From Chiloscyllium plagiosum (lineage: Eukaryota), in assembly GCF_004010195.1 (NCBI RefSeq), contig NC_057720.1:10451493-10471492 (forward strand): a DNA stretch of 20,000 bases. Direction: 5' to 3'. Shown in pieces: positions 19,825-20,000 of this stretch (its first letter is position 1; each line of letters begins with the position of its first letter). Both the position numbers and the translations under genes were made by a program. The notes beneath the pieces are model-generated. The model ran no database searches. It was given only the letters and a program-made list of their open reading frames with translations, and was not told where the DNA came from.

Positions 19825-20000
19825 TTGAGTGCGAGCAGCCGCTAAGGTAAGACAGTTTGTTTTAAAATTACTAACCGGTAGCGGGCAGCGGTGTTTTTTT
19901 TTCTCTCTTGACAGAAAGAGCGGGAGCAGCAGGGGGAAGTGACGAAGACCAGAGGGGCAGCCGGGTAGGTTTTTTTTCCCATTAAAAGCGCGCAGGAGAA
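19825..20000 (+). promoter_or_regulatory. CpG-rich segment, possibly the 5' UTR/internal promoter of a further retroelement continuing beyond the window
   Basis: Abrupt rise in CpG density, ETS plus CRE-half motif GGAAGTGACG (19935-19944), and splice-like signals. Identity is inferred. Confidence 0.35.

Overview
Repeat-dense vertebrate genomic DNA, most likely from an elasmobranch (shark), probably intronic or intergenic, with a 380-N assembly gap at 12723-13102. There is no intact protein-coding gene. Nearly all ORFs in the track are fragments or antisense shadows of decayed retroelements: CR1-clade (HER1-type) LINEs, tRNA-derived HE1/V-SINEs, a DeuSINE-like element, a Ty3/Gypsy pol fragment with integrase upstream of RT (Gmr1-like order), and several Penelope-like elements (PLEs). 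The most notable signal is that three different PLE terminal-repeat families each carry a minimal hammerhead-ribozyme core (CUGANGA...GAAA...UH) whose stem III is reduced to a 4-nt palindrome, and that these repeats occur as short inverted-repeat insertions flanked by target-site duplications (TSDs). Also seen: multi-level nested insertions, a 68-bp templated duplication at a LINE junction, a local ~0.5-kb duplication, and up to three candidate small + strand host exons. Family names come from recognition of motifs, not from database searches.
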